The notes: a model not told the origin generated them from the letters alone. A stretch of 64,000 nucleotides of DNA from Oceanispirochaeta sp. (GCA_963666275.2 CAXXOA010000002.1:1248001-1312000); one strand, 5' to 3'. Shown: positions 9,475 to 19,354, counted from the stretch's first letter. Numbers and translations: made by a program.

Positions 9475-9900
9475 CCCCGGGCGGCGATTATCGATCCGAC
9501 CTATACCTTTTCGGTGTCTCCTTTCCATACGGCCTGCGGTATCATTGATATTATATGCCACTCCTATGAGGGCTATTTCAGCCATAGCATAGGAAGTCTG
9601 CAGGACGGCATTGCCGAAGCGGTGAACAGAATCTGTGTGAAATACGGGCGGAAAGTCATGACCTGTCCGAAAGACTATGAGGCAAGAGCCCAGCTGGCCA
9701 TGTGTTCCTTCCTTTCCATTACCCATCTCTACGATTGCGGGCGTGCCTTCGCCGGGAATATCCATGTAACCGAACACGTGCTGAGCGCCTATTTCGATAT
9801 TGCTCACGGGGCGGGGATCGCCATTGTCTCACTGGCTCGGTTCAGATATGTTCTGTCCGATAAAACGGCTCACCGATTTCTGGAGGGGAGGGCGGATTAA
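9475..9900 (+). pseudogene. Internal fragment of an iron-containing alcohol (butanol) dehydrogenase
   Basis: In-frame PRAAIIDPTYTFSV..TACGIIDIICHSYEGYF...DYEARAQL...HVTEHVLSAYFDIAHGAGIAI carries the Fe-ADH metal ligands. The N-terminal half and the C-terminus are missing. Confidence 0.8.
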
Positions 9901-9923
9901 AAGGACCGGTATTCCCTTAAGAC

Positions 9924-10871
9924 TCAGTCTTCAGGAATCCCTTCCTTCCTGAGGATCTCCCGGGAGGTCTCAAAGAAGTCTGTGAAGACACCGTCGGCTC
10001 CCATCTTTGCCGCACTGATAAGCTCTTCGGGACTGTTGATTGTATAGAGCAGGACTTTTAAACCCTCTGCATGGGCCTTTTCAATAAAGTCCTGCCGGAC
10101 CGAGAGGTACCAGAGGTTCACCGAGACGGCTTTCATTTTTCCGGCGGCTTCCAGCAGAGACTCGGAATAGTATTTTCCTGTCAGGCAGTCCTCAATTTCC
10201 TGCCGCAGGCCGTCTCTTATTTTGCCGGGAGGGACAAGTTTTTCTAGGAGCTCTTCATTTTCCAGCATATTTTTGAACCGGGGGAGCATATAGTCCTCTT
10301 CACCGTATGCGAAGAGTTCTGTGTAGTAGGCAGAGCTGCCCGGAAGTCTTTTCATCAGATTTTCCCTGCGGATGGCTCCATCCAGCAGAGCAATGCGAAG
10401 ATCCGGACATACCTTCCCGAGTTCAGCCAGCTCCCGCCAGTTGAAGGAGCTGACGAGTACGTCATCTGCGGTGAGCTTTCCGCTCTCAAGATAGGAACAT
10501 ATCAATTCTCCCGAAGGTTTTCCCGTGGCTTTTCCTTTCAGCTCCAGTTGGATCATAGGCCTGTTCTGCTTTTCAAGACTCGAAAACAGATCCAGCACCT
10601 CCTCCAGAAAGGGTATTCTGTCCCTGCTGCGGGAAGGATCCCCCGCATACAGTTTCCTCAGGGCGGCGCTCTCTGTGCTGGATACTTTTCCGTCTCCTGT
10701 GGACACCATTTTCAGATCCAGGTTATGGACGATAGGCAGGGCTCCGTCACTGCACCTCTGAACATCCAGTTCTATGGCGCTTACCCCCTGTTCAATGACT
10801 TTCCGGAAGGCTCTGAGGGTATTCTGGTTGTATCCGGGGTAACTGCAGCCCCTGTGTCCTATGAGAATCAT
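9924..10871 (-). CDS. Cytoplasmic glycerophosphodiester phosphodiesterase (GDPD family)
   Basis: IGHRG...NTLRAF...IELDV...VHN...LELK...SSFN...YTIN...GADGVFTD; no signal peptide; last gene of the TRAP operon. Confidence 0.9.
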   Translation of the reverse strand: MILIGHRGCSYPGYNQNTLRAFRKVIEQGVSAIELDVQRCSDGALPIVHNLDLKMVSTGDGKVSSTESAALRKLYAGDPSRSRDRIPFLEEVLDLFSSLEKQNRPMIQLELKGKATGKPSGELICSYLESGKLTADDVLVSSFNWRELAELGKVCPDLRIALLDGAIRRENLMKRLPGSSAYYTELFAYGEEDYMLPRFKNMLENEELLEKLVPPGKIRDGLRQEIEDCLTGKYYSESLLEAAGKMKAVSVNLWYLSVRQDFIEKAHAEGLKVLLYTINSPEELISAAKMGADGVFTDFFETSREILRKEGIPED

Positions 10872-10894
10872 ATTCTTTCCTTTTTAATGCTTCG

Positions 10895-12175
10895 TCAGAG
10901 TAAATTCGGCAGAAACATGACAATCGACGGGATATAGGTCACTACAAGCAGGACCAGTACCAGAGCGATTATGAACGGCCAGATCTCCTTCATGAAATCT
11001 CCGACTTTGACATTTGTGATGGTGCAGGTCGTAAACATCATGGAACCGAAGGGCGGAGTGATGCCGCCGATCATGATATTCACAATCAGTACCAGACCGA
11101 AATGCACAATATCTATGCCCATTGTTTTTATAACCGGAACCAGAAGGGGAGCCACAATAATCAGTACGGCCCCGCCTTCCAGAAACATTCCCAGGAACAG
11201 TAGGAATACATTTATGATGACAAGCATCAGCCAGGGAGATCCGGAGAAGGTCATCAGGGCTTTTGTAAGCTGATGGGGAATCCTCTCCCAGCTCATGTAC
11301 TGGCCGAATACCGATGCGGCCACAATGATCAGGACTACCGTACTGGTAGATAGGACCGTATTTTTCAGAATGATGGGAAAGTGTTTCCACTTCAGTTCCT
11401 TATAGAAAAAGACTCCGACAATGGTACAGAAAAGAACCGCAATGGCTCCGGCTTCGGTGGGCGTGAAGACTCCGAAACGGATTCCCAGGATGATGCCGAA
11501 GGGGAGCAGAAGAGCCCAGATCGACTCTCTCAGCTGTTTCAGGATCTCACCGGGAGGAGACATCTTTTCTCTGTTCGGGACATAGCCCCGTTTTCGGGAG
11601 ATCAGATCGACTGTTATCATCAGGGCAATACACATAAGAAGACCCGGCACGTAACCGCCTATGAACATCTTGGCTACCGATGCCTGGGCAATCAGAGCAT
11701 AGATGATCAGGTTGATTCCCGGAGGAATTACCGGCGCAATGGAGGAAGAGGCCGCGGTGATAGCTGTGGAGAAGGCTTTGCCGTATCCTCTTTTCGTCAT
11801 TTCCGGTACGAGTATTTTGGACTGCATGGCCGCATCCGCATTGGCCGAACCGGATATCCCTCCCATCAGCGTACTCAGTACCACATTGACCTGTGCCAGT
11901 CCGCCTCTCATATGCCCTGTCAGAACATCCGCCATCTTCATAAGGCTGGAGCTGATTCCGGAGAAATTCATGATCTCTCCCACCATTATAAAGAAGGGCA
12001 CAGCCAGAAGGGGGAAGGAGGAGGCGGCGGTAATGAACCGCTGGAGGATCAGGTCCGGAGGGGTTCCCACATCTCCGAAGGTGAAATAAGCCAGTGTCGC
12101 CGCCAGCAGAGCAAAGGCAATGGGAATGCTTGAGAAATAGAGAATCATGACTATGATAATGGGAAATATTGACAT
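10895..12175 (-). CDS. dctM: TRAP transporter large permease
   Basis: SFPLLAVPFF, GGISGSANAD, IPPGINLIIY, FTPTEAG, GGITPPFG. Confidence 0.95.
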   Translation of the reverse strand: MSIFPIIIVMILYFSSIPIAFALLAATLAYFTFGDVGTPPDLILQRFITAASSFPLLAVPFFIMVGEIMNFSGISSSLMKMADVLTGHMRGGLAQVNVVLSTLMGGISGSANADAAMQSKILVPEMTKRGYGKAFSTAITAASSSIAPVIPPGINLIIYALIAQASVAKMFIGGYVPGLLMCIALMITVDLISRKRGYVPNREKMSPPGEILKQLRESIWALLLPFGIILGIRFGVFTPTEAGAIAVLFCTIVGVFFYKELKWKHFPIILKNTVLSTSTVVLIIVAASVFGQYMSWERIPHQLTKALMTFSGSPWLMLVIINVFLLFLGMFLEGGAVLIIVAPLLVPVIKTMGIDIVHFGLVLIVNIMIGGITPPFGSMMFTTCTITNVKVGDFMKEIWPFIIALVLVLLVVTYIPSIVMFLPNLL

Positions 12176-12185
12176 ACTGATATCC

Positions 12186-12695
12186 TTAGTTTTCCTGGTT
12201 GGCCGGGGAGTGTTTCAAAGAAGCGCCGAAAAACAGTCGAACCTCCTGAATGAGGAACTGGACGGCGTGAATCGTAATCAGGCAGAATCCGACAGTGATG
12301 GCCGTGTTTACATAAATGGCCGGCACATCCAGAACGGGAGTCCGCTTCAGCCTGTTGGCCTGAATAAAGAGAATACTCAGATAGGTAATATAGGTATTAA
12401 TAATAACCATCAGAAAATTGATGACTATGGAAATGATCTCCCTTATCCGTTCGGGAAAAAGCTTGGTAATAAGGTCTATCCCGATGTGCATTTTATTCCG
12501 GTAGGCACCGGCCGCTCCTATGAAAACGCTCCAGATAAAAGACGTCGTAGCCACTTCCTCTACCCAGAAAAGCCCGCTCTGGAAAAGGTAGCGGAGGATT
12601 ACATTGAGAATTACAACAAGCACCGTCACAGAGAGAAAGGTTCCGCTGAGAACAATTTCAAAATTCCGGAAAGCTTTTTTCATTAAGTTGTGCAT
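12186..12695 (-). CDS. dctQ: TRAP transporter small permease
   Basis: 4 TM; VILRY, WVEE, HIGID motifs; start uncertain (12683/12695/12725). Confidence 0.9.
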   Translation of the reverse strand: MHNLMKKAFRNFEIVLSGTFLSVTVLVVILNVILRYLFQSGLFWVEEVATTSFIWSVFIGAAGAYRNKMHIGIDLITKLFPERIREIISIVINFLMVIINTYITYLSILFIQANRLKRTPVLDVPAIYVNTAITVGFCLITIHAVQFLIQEVRLFFGASLKHSPANQEN

Positions 12696-12781
12696 TATTT
12701 GACCTGCTTTCAAAAAACTGCGCACGGTCCTTGATCAGGACCGTACGTTTTCTATTATATATTAGCTCAAGGAATCCTGGA

Positions 12782-13792
12782 TTATCTCATGGAATCCAGT
12801 TCGGAGAAAATGGATTCAAATACACCGGGGGTCATCCCGGGCTGTTCTTCGTAAAGGGGAGACAGAGCTTCCCTGAAAGCCATGCCGTCCACTTCGTTGA
12901 ACTTGACACCATAGGATTCCAGTTCCTTCACAACATCGCCATGCTGGGATTTCAGCAGGCTGACCATATCGTTGGCGCCTTTGGTGAACTCCTCCTGAAC
13001 GATTTTTCTGTACTCTTCGGGGATCGAAGCCCAGACATCTGTGGAAATATAGACACCGCAGGTTCCCAGAATATGCCTTGTGGTCGCAACATTCTTTGTG
13101 GGTCCTTCATACACTTTGGTTCCCAGGTTGGTAAACTCAGACCCTTCCAGTCCGTCTACAACACCCTGCTGAACAGCGGAAAGGGTTTCTCCCCAGGGGA
13201 GGGGGGTGGCGATAGCACCCATGGCTGTCAGGGTATCAATGTAGGATTTGGAGCCGGGAGTACGTATTTTCATACCGTTCAGATCGGCAGGAGTTGTAAT
13301 GACCTTGCTTGTGATCAGATTTCTGAAGCCGTAGATATAGTCCAGAGCCAGGATTTTGATTCCCTGTTCCTCTGCCTTTGCCATCATATCCTTTACGATC
13401 TGAGTTTTTGTCAGTTCCACATATTCATCAAAGCTTCTGTAGAGCATGGGAGCATAGAGGGCTTTGAAGTCGGGCACATAGTCGCCTATGAAGGAAGGGT
13501 CTTCCACGGAAATGAAATCGGCTCCTCTGACAACCTGTTCCACACCCTCTTTATAGGCCGGGAGCTGGGCCTGGGGAAATGTCTGTATTTCAATGGCCCC
13601 CCCGGTTTTCTCATAAATGCTTTCCGCTACGGCATCCATAGACTTGGTAAGCTGTTCTGCCGGGCTGAAAACATGACTCAGTTTCAGAACCAGTTTGTAA
13701 TCATCGCCCTCTGCGGCTTCCTGCTGGCCTCCGGAAAAAAGAGGCAGCCCAAGCATGGCAATACCGACTATCAGCAATAATCCTTTTTTCAT
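12782..13792 (-). CDS. dctP: TRAP transporter substrate-binding protein
   Basis: Signal peptide; YGFRN, DLNGMKIRTP, WGETLSAVQQGVVDGLE. Confidence 0.94.
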   Translation of the reverse strand: MKKGLLLIVGIAMLGLPLFSGGQQEAAEGDDYKLVLKLSHVFSPAEQLTKSMDAVAESIYEKTGGAIEIQTFPQAQLPAYKEGVEQVVRGADFISVEDPSFIGDYVPDFKALYAPMLYRSFDEYVELTKTQIVKDMMAKAEEQGIKILALDYIYGFRNLITSKVITTPADLNGMKIRTPGSKSYIDTLTAMGAIATPLPWGETLSAVQQGVVDGLEGSEFTNLGTKVYEGPTKNVATTRHILGTCGVYISTDVWASIPEEYRKIVQEEFTKGANDMVSLLKSQHGDVVKELESYGVKFNEVDGMAFREALSPLYEEQPGMTPGVFESIFSELDSMR

Positions 13793-13839
13793 CTGTTACT
13801 CCTTTGATTGAAAAAGATATTCCGGGATCTCTCCATACT

Positions 13840-13914
13840 GATCAATAGCGATCCCTATATGATCGAAAACGATCATATATTTGTAACATTAACGCCGGTA
13901 AACCGAATTGTCAA
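13840..13914 (-). promoter_or_regulatory. dctP promoter with phased GATC operator boxes
   Basis: Minus-strand TTGACA (13914-13909)-N17-TAATGT (13891-13886). GATC at 13840, 13850, 13861 and 13871, including the palindrome TATATGATCG-aaaa-CGATCATATA (13856-13879). Confidence 0.75.
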
Positions 13915-14020
13915 ATTAAAAATCCGTTAGCAAAGGGGCTGAACTCTGTGTTTTGTTAGAAATCTGTTCGATATCGATCATAGTTGGAGGAGGGAGGCCG
14001 GATGGGAAGAGGCAGCAGTT

Positions 14021-14815
14021 CTATGAACTAGTCTGAACGACTTTGATATTCAGGGCTTCAAAATCCTTGATGTATTCTTCATCGGGAAAACGGTCGGTAA
14101 TGAGGGTGTCTATTCTTTCTGCGGGAGCTGTCACGAAATCAGAGACAAGACCGATTTTCCTGTGATCCGCCACAACGATGATATCCCCCCGGGTTCTGTC
14201 TATCATCAGCCGGGATGTCTCGGCGGCATACTCCATGGGCGTCGTAAGACCGAAGCGCCGGCTGATCCCGTGGACTCCCAGAATGGCCTTGCTTGCATTC
14301 ACACGGTTCAGGATTCCGTTGGTAAAACCACCGTAGAAAGCATTCGACTCGGGTCTGTAGAGTCCTCCGGCAAGGATAAGTTCCACTCCCGGATTCTTGA
14401 TCTGCCCGATGCATCCCGCATTGGTTGTAATGATTTTGACATTTTGCTTATTGATATAACGGAAAATATGAAAGGTGGTGGAGCCGCCGTTGATAAAAAC
14501 AGTGTCTCCCTCTTCGATCAGGGAGGCCGCATATCTGGCAATGGCATCTTTATTTTCCAGTTCCAGGTCGGACCGGCTGCTGTAGTTTACCTCTTTGTAT
14601 ACCCGGTTAGTGGTAATCGCCCCGCCATGGGTCCGTTCCAGCTGATTTTTCTCTTCCAGAATGGCCAGGTCCCTGCGGATCGTTATTTCCGAGACCGCCA
14701 GTATTCTGCTCAGTTCGGGGACGCGGACATGGCCGTCTCTCTGGAGGAGCTCCAGAATCCTGCTCTGCCTGTCTGTCTGAGAATGAATCTGTCTGTTCTG
14801 ATCGCCTATCTTCAT
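14021..14815 (-). CDS. DeoR/GlpR-family transcriptional regulator
   Basis: VSEITIRRDL...RTHGGA; FINGGST; ADHRKIG. Confidence 0.95.
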   Translation of the reverse strand: MKIGDQNRQIHSQTDRQSRILELLQRDGHVRVPELSRILAVSEITIRRDLAILEEKNQLERTHGGAITTNRVYKEVNYSSRSDLELENKDAIARYAASLIEEGDTVFINGGSTTFHIFRYINKQNVKIITTNAGCIGQIKNPGVELILAGGLYRPESNAFYGGFTNGILNRVNASKAILGVHGISRRFGLTTPMEYAAETSRLMIDRTRGDIIVVADHRKIGLVSDFVTAPAERIDTLITDRFPDEEYIKDFEALNIKVVQTSS

Positions 14816-14923
14816 GGACCTTCCGATGATTTTAAAAAATCGCTGATACCGGTTTTGAATATTATCCTGTATACTAAACCTGCGAATTGGTTAATGCAAT
14901 ATCAATTTCAGGAGTACTGCTGA

Positions 14924-15895
14924 GTGGGACGGGGTTCCGGTTACGGCAAAACAATTCTTATAGGTGATCAGTTTGTTCTCTGGGGAATCCCCGCCATTCT
15001 GGGGGCCATCCCTTTTCAGACAGACTGTCAGGTAGACCTCCTGGAACATGGCCGGGGCTGGACCCTTGATGACCGGAGGGAGGAAGTTCCGGGATACAAG
15101 GCGGCCAAAAAGGACGACTGTGAAGTGGCGTTCAACAGGATGATCCGTGTGATGGGGCTGGATCTGAGTTCCCGCACACTGAATATCACCCTGGGGGGGA
15201 CACTTCTGGCCGGAAGCGGTGTGGGAGCCAGTGCCGCTCTGTGCGTCTCCTTTGCCAGGGCCTGTAACGAGGAGTTCGCTCTGGGACTGGATATTCTGCA
15301 GATCAATCACGTGGCCTGGCAGGGGGAGTTCGGATTTCATGGCCTTCCCAGCGGTCTGGACAATACGGTATCTGCCTACGGCGGCATTATCAAGTACCGT
15401 ATGGAAGATCATGTAAAGGCCTTCGAGCGTGTTTCTCTCCATAGTCCTGTCGAAATCGTGCTGGGCAATTGCGGTATTACCAATGATACGGCCTCTCTGA
15501 AGGGCTTTCTGGAGGAGCAGGAACATAGGGATCCTCATCTTTTCAACCGCCGTCTGGATCTTATACGAACCCAGGTGGAGGATCTGGGCCGCGCCCTGGA
15601 AAATGGGGCGCTCAAAGAGACAGGCCGTATAATGAATGAAAACCACCGTATCCTGATCGAAATGGGATTATCCCATACCAGGCTTGTGGAAATGTGTCAT
15701 ATGGCCAACTCTCTGGGAGCCTACGGTTCCAAGGTGACAGGCGGAGGCCGGGGGGGATATATGGTGGCATTCACTCCGGGAAGGGATCTCCAGGAAAAGG
15801 TGGCCACAGCTTTTGAAGAGAGGGGTTTCTCCACCGTCCGGGCTGCTCTGGGGAACCTTCCGACAGATCCCGTGAAATCTCAGATACTTATTTGA
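14924..15895 (+). CDS. mvk: Mevalonate kinase-like GHMP kinase
   Basis: GYGKTILIGDQFV; motif II GSGVGASAA; HGLPSGLDNT; motif III SKVTGGGRGG; GTG start with AGGAG SD. The symbol reflects family resemblance only; the substrate is uncertain. Confidence 0.78.
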   Translation: MGRGSGYGKTILIGDQFVLWGIPAILGAIPFQTDCQVDLLEHGRGWTLDDRREEVPGYKAAKKDDCEVAFNRMIRVMGLDLSSRTLNITLGGTLLAGSGVGASAALCVSFARACNEEFALGLDILQINHVAWQGEFGFHGLPSGLDNTVSAYGGIIKYRMEDHVKAFERVSLHSPVEIVLGNCGITNDTASLKGFLEEQEHRDPHLFNRRLDLIRTQVEDLGRALENGALKETGRIMNENHRILIEMGLSHTRLVEMCHMANSLGAYGSKVTGGGRGGYMVAFTPGRDLQEKVATAFEERGFSTVRAALGNLPTDPVKSQILI

Positions 15896-15929
15896 AAAGA
15901 AGAGATCCCCCCGGTTGTCCTCCTCTGAA

Positions 15930-15991
15930 TGATCAGAAATGATCGTTTCTGATTTATTTTGCTTGCAAGAGGCTCTGTTCCTTATCATAAT
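15930..15991 (+). promoter_or_regulatory. Promoter of the second DeoR gene with phased GATC boxes
   Basis: GATC 15931, GATC 15941, GATT 15951 (dyad ATCAGAAA-tgatcg-TTTCTGAT); TTGCAA (15963)-N17-CATAAT (15986). Confidence 0.6.
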
Positions 15992-16008
15992 GGGGCTGAG
16001 GTCTGTAT

Positions 16009-16788
16009 ATGAAAATGGAGATTCCCGCGGAGCGTCATGCCCGTATTCTGCAGCTGCTGAAAGAAAAAGGTGTTGTCCGGGTTGATGAACTCAGCCGGGA
16101 TCTGGAAGTTTCGGTCATCACGGTCCGAAGGGATCTGGCTTCCATGGAAAATGACGGTCTTCTTGAAAGGACCCACGGCGGAGCCATCAGTACAAAGTTC
16201 AAGATCAATGAGCCCAGTTATGATGATAAAGGCCTGCTGAATGTGGATTCCAAGTACAGGATCGCCCTGAAAGCGGTCTCTTTGATTGAAGAAGGGGAGA
16301 CTGTTTTTGTGAACAGCGGATCCACTACGGCCATTGTCATAAGAGAGCTTGTGAAAATCCCCGGGCTCACTGTGATTACCAATAATGTGGGAGCCCTTTA
16401 CAATCTGGATATACCTCAGGAAAGTGAAATCATCCTTACCGGCGGTTATTATCGCCCCGGTACCAGCTGCCTTGTGGGGGAGGATGCGGTTGCCCGGCTC
16501 GAAAAGGTATTTCCTTCTTCCACCATACTGGGAGTGGATGGAATCTCCTTCCGGAAGGGATTGACCTCCCATAATACCCACGAAGCCTCAGTGAGCAGAA
16601 AGATGATCGAACAGACAAGCGGCAGAGCGATCGTTGTGGCAGACTCATCTAAAATAGGATCCCTCTCCCTGCACAGCATTGCTCCTCTCTCCCGGGTGGA
16701 TGCAGTTGTGACAGATCGGCTGCCCGATCCTTCTGTTCAGCAGGATTTTCAGAGCGCGGGAATCGATCTTATCATGACAGATCTGTGA
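16009..16788 (+). CDS. DeoR/GlpR-family transcriptional regulator
   Basis: VSVITVRRDL...RTHGGA; FVNSGSTT; ADSSKIG; paralog of 14021..14815. Confidence 0.95.
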   Translation: MKMEIPAERHARILQLLKEKGVVRVDELSRDLEVSVITVRRDLASMENDGLLERTHGGAISTKFKINEPSYDDKGLLNVDSKYRIALKAVSLIEEGETVFVNSGSTTAIVIRELVKIPGLTVITNNVGALYNLDIPQESEIILTGGYYRPGTSCLVGEDAVARLEKVFPSSTILGVDGISFRKGLTSHNTHEASVSRKMIEQTSGRAIVVADSSKIGSLSLHSIAPLSRVDAVVTDRLPDPSVQQDFQSAGIDLIMTDL

Positions 16789-16845
16789 TCTGATCGGGAA
16801 TGACCGCTTAAATAGCCAATCGGGATAGAATCTCATTTTAATTCA

Positions 16846-16896
16846 AAAACGATCTTTAAAGTTGACAAAACGATCAATCACAATCTAATATGATCA
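16846..16896 (+). promoter_or_regulatory. Promoter of the ldh2-mae-glpK operon with phased GATC boxes
   Basis: AAAACGATC twice (GATC at 16851 and 16872), AATC 16882, GATC 16892; TTGACA 16862-16867 with TAATAT 18 bp downstream. Confidence 0.65.
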
Positions 16897-16915
16897 GTAT
16901 ACAAGGAGTAAAATC

Positions 16916-18046
16916 ATGGGATATGCAGATGCTTATAAAGATTGTGAATGGGTAGAATTCCCTGTGCTGGAAAGTTTTATGACCCAGGTTCTTATAAAAA
17001 GCGGAGTTCCTGAAAAGGACGCGGAGATAGTCAAAGACGTATTGATTGAATCGGATAAGAGGGGGATCGACTCTCACGGGATCGGTCGGCTGAAGCCCAT
17101 TTATATAGACAGACTGGATGCGGGAACCCAGGAGCCGGTGACAAAGGTGGATATTGTGAAAGAAACCGAAACCACCGCCGTGCTGGATGCCAATAACGGT
17201 ATGGGTCATGTGGCAGCCACACAGGCCATGCAGATGGCCATCGACAAAGCCAAAGCCCACGGCATGGGTATGGTGGCCCTGCGGAATTCCACCCATTACG
17301 GTATCGCCGGATACTACACATCCATGGCGACCAAAGCCGGTATGATCGGTATCACCGGTACCAATGCCAGGCCTTCCATCGCTCCGACCTTCGGAACAGA
17401 AAACATGCTGGGAACCAATCCTCTGACCATCGGTCTGCCTACGGATGAGGAGTTTGATTTTAATCTGGACTGTGCCACCTCTGTTTCCCAGAGAGGGAAA
17501 ATCGAAGTCTACGGCCGGGCGGGAAAAGATCTCCCCGCCGGATGGGTCATCGGTGAGGACGGAAAAACCCGTACGGATACGCAGCAGATTCTGGTAGACC
17601 TGACCAAGGGAAAAGCGGCTCTGGCTCCTCTGGGGGGGATCGGAGAGACCACGGCGGGATTCAAAGGTTTCGGCTACTCTACCGTGGTGGAGATCCTTTC
17701 CGCCGCTCTTCAGGACGGCAAGTATCTGAAAGACCTGAACGGCGTGGATGAAAACGGGAAAAAGATCCCCATTCTCCTGGGCCACTTCTTTATCGCCATT
17801 AATACGGATTTCTTTCTGGGGGAGACTCTGTTCCGCAAGGTGGCCGGATCCATACTCCGGGATCTGAGAAACTCCCGGAAAGCTCCCGGAGAAGAGAGGA
17901 TCTATACGGCCGGAGAGAAAGAGTATCTGGCCTGGCAGTACAGAAAAGACCATGGCTGCCCTGTTCCCGAGACGCTTCAGAAACAGATGAGTGAACTCAG
18001 AGACCGCTGGGATCTGGATTTTCACTTTGCCTGGGACAAAAAATAA
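16916..18046 (+). CDS. Ldh_2-family (type-2 malate/L-lactate/ureidoglycolate) dehydrogenase
   Basis: RGIDSHG, LRNSTHYG, MLGTNP, LDCATS, GFKGFG. Confidence 0.92.
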   Translation: MGYADAYKDCEWVEFPVLESFMTQVLIKSGVPEKDAEIVKDVLIESDKRGIDSHGIGRLKPIYIDRLDAGTQEPVTKVDIVKETETTAVLDANNGMGHVAATQAMQMAIDKAKAHGMGMVALRNSTHYGIAGYYTSMATKAGMIGITGTNARPSIAPTFGTENMLGTNPLTIGLPTDEEFDFNLDCATSVSQRGKIEVYGRAGKDLPAGWVIGEDGKTRTDTQQILVDLTKGKAALAPLGGIGETTAGFKGFGYSTVVEILSAALQDGKYLKDLNGVDENGKKIPILLGHFFIAINTDFFLGETLFRKVAGSILRDLRNSRKAPGEERIYTAGEKEYLAWQYRKDHGCPVPETLQKQMSELRDRWDLDFHFAWDKK

Positions 18047-18070
18047 AAAATATAGGATAAGGAAATTGAC

Positions 18071-19354
18071 ATGGATGATATGAAACAAAAAGCTCTGGAG
18101 TATCATGAACTGGAAGGAAAACCGGGGAAACTGGAGGTTATCGCCTCCAAACCCTGCAAGACATCGGCGGATCTGACACTGGCCTATTCTCCCGGTGTGG
18201 CCCATCCGGTTCTGGAAATAGCGGACAATCCGGCAGATGCCTACAGGTATACAAATAAGGGAAACCTTGTGGCTGTTGTTTCCAACGGTACAGCCATTCT
18301 GGGACTGGGAGACAGAGGCGCCCTGGCCAGTAAACCTGTTATGGAGGGAAAAGGAGTCCTTTTCAAAAGGTTTGCGGATATTGATGTGTTCGATATCGAG
18401 CTGGATACAAAGGATCCCAAAAAAATCATTGATATTGTAAAGACCATGGAACCCACTTTCGGTGGGGTCAATCTGGAGGATATCGGTGCGCCCGACTGCT
18501 TTGAAATAGAACAGACCCTGATTGAAGAGTGCAATATTCCTGTTTTTCATGATGACCAGCACGGCACGGCGATCATTGCCACAGCCGGTCTTATGAACGC
18601 CGCTGAGATTCAGGGGAAAAAGATGGCCGATCTGAAGATCGTCGTCAACGGAGCAGGGGCGGCGGGAATCAGCTGTTCTAAGATGTTCCTGAATGCGGGA
18701 GTGAAAAAAGAGAATCTCATCCTTCTGGATTCCAAAGGGGTCATCTACCGGGGACGGCAGATCTCCATGACTCCGGAAAAAGAGGAATTTGCCGCAGATA
18801 CCGACAAAAGGACTCTGGCCGATGCGGTGGCAGGGGCGGATGTTTTTATGGGGCTCTCTGTGGCGGACTGTCTGACCCCTGAGATGCTGAAGTCCATGGC
18901 GCCCAATCCGATTGTGTTTGCCATGGCCAACCCGAATCCCGAAATCAAACCAGAACTGGCTTTTGCCACCAGAGATGACCTTATTATGGGAACCGGCCGG
19001 AGCGACTATCCCAATCAGGTGAACAATGTCCTGGGATTCCCTTTTATATTCAGGGGCGCCATGGATGTGAAAGCCGTGAAAATCTCCGAAGGGATGAAAA
19101 TGGCCGCTGCTAAAGCTCTGGCGGATCTGGCAAGACAGCCTGTTCCCGATGAGGTGCGCAAAGCCTACGGAAGGGATTTTACATTCGGACGAGAGTATGT
19201 GGTTCCCAAGCCTTTCGACCCCAGGGTCATAGAATGGGAAGCCGTGGCAGTCGCCCGGGCGGCGTGTGAAGAAGGCCTGGCAGGTGAACCGATCTCTGAC
19301 TGGGAGGCTTACAAAGCAACTCTCAGAAAGAGAATGGAGAAACACTGGAAATAG
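18071..19354 (+). CDS. NAD(P)-dependent malic enzyme (short type, no PTA domain)
   Basis: [60 protein letters not shown]. Confidence 0.96.
   Translation: MDDMKQKALEYHELEGKPGKLEVIASKPCKTSADLTLAYSPGVAHPVLEIADNPADAYRYTNKGNLVAVVSNGTAILGLGDRGALASKPVMEGKGVLFKRFADIDVFDIELDTKDPKKIIDIVKTMEPTFGGVNLEDIGAPDCFEIEQTLIEECNIPVFHDDQHGTAIIATAGLMNAAEIQGKKMADLKIVVNGAGAAGISCSKMFLNAGVKKENLILLDSKGVIYRGRQISMTPEKEEFAADTDKRTLADAVAGADVFMGLSVADCLTPEMLKSMAPNPIVFAMANPNPEIKPELAFATRDDLIMGTGRSDYPNQVNNVLGFPFIFRGAMDVKAVKISEGMKMAAAKALADLARQPVPDEVRKAYGRDFTFGREYVVPKPFDPRVIEWEAVAVARAACEEGLAGEPISDWEAYKATLRKRMEKHWK

Noticed and set aside
12731..13780. Long antisense ORFs over dctP, sbp, the reductases, lacI and the Gfo genes (e.g. 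349, 320, 313, 298 aa)
   Set aside because: All lie opposite well-supported genes and lack domains or SD sequences.
18044..18073. Possible read-through fusion of ldh2 and malic enzyme (same frame)
   Set aside because: Two in-frame stops (TAA, then TAG) and an independent AAGGA SD.
16874..19345. 823-aa antisense ORF spanning ldh2 and the malic enzyme gene
   Set aside because: Shadow ORF. Both sense genes happen to be in the same frame, so their codon-aligned antisense frame stays open. It has no motifs and a shadow-like composition.
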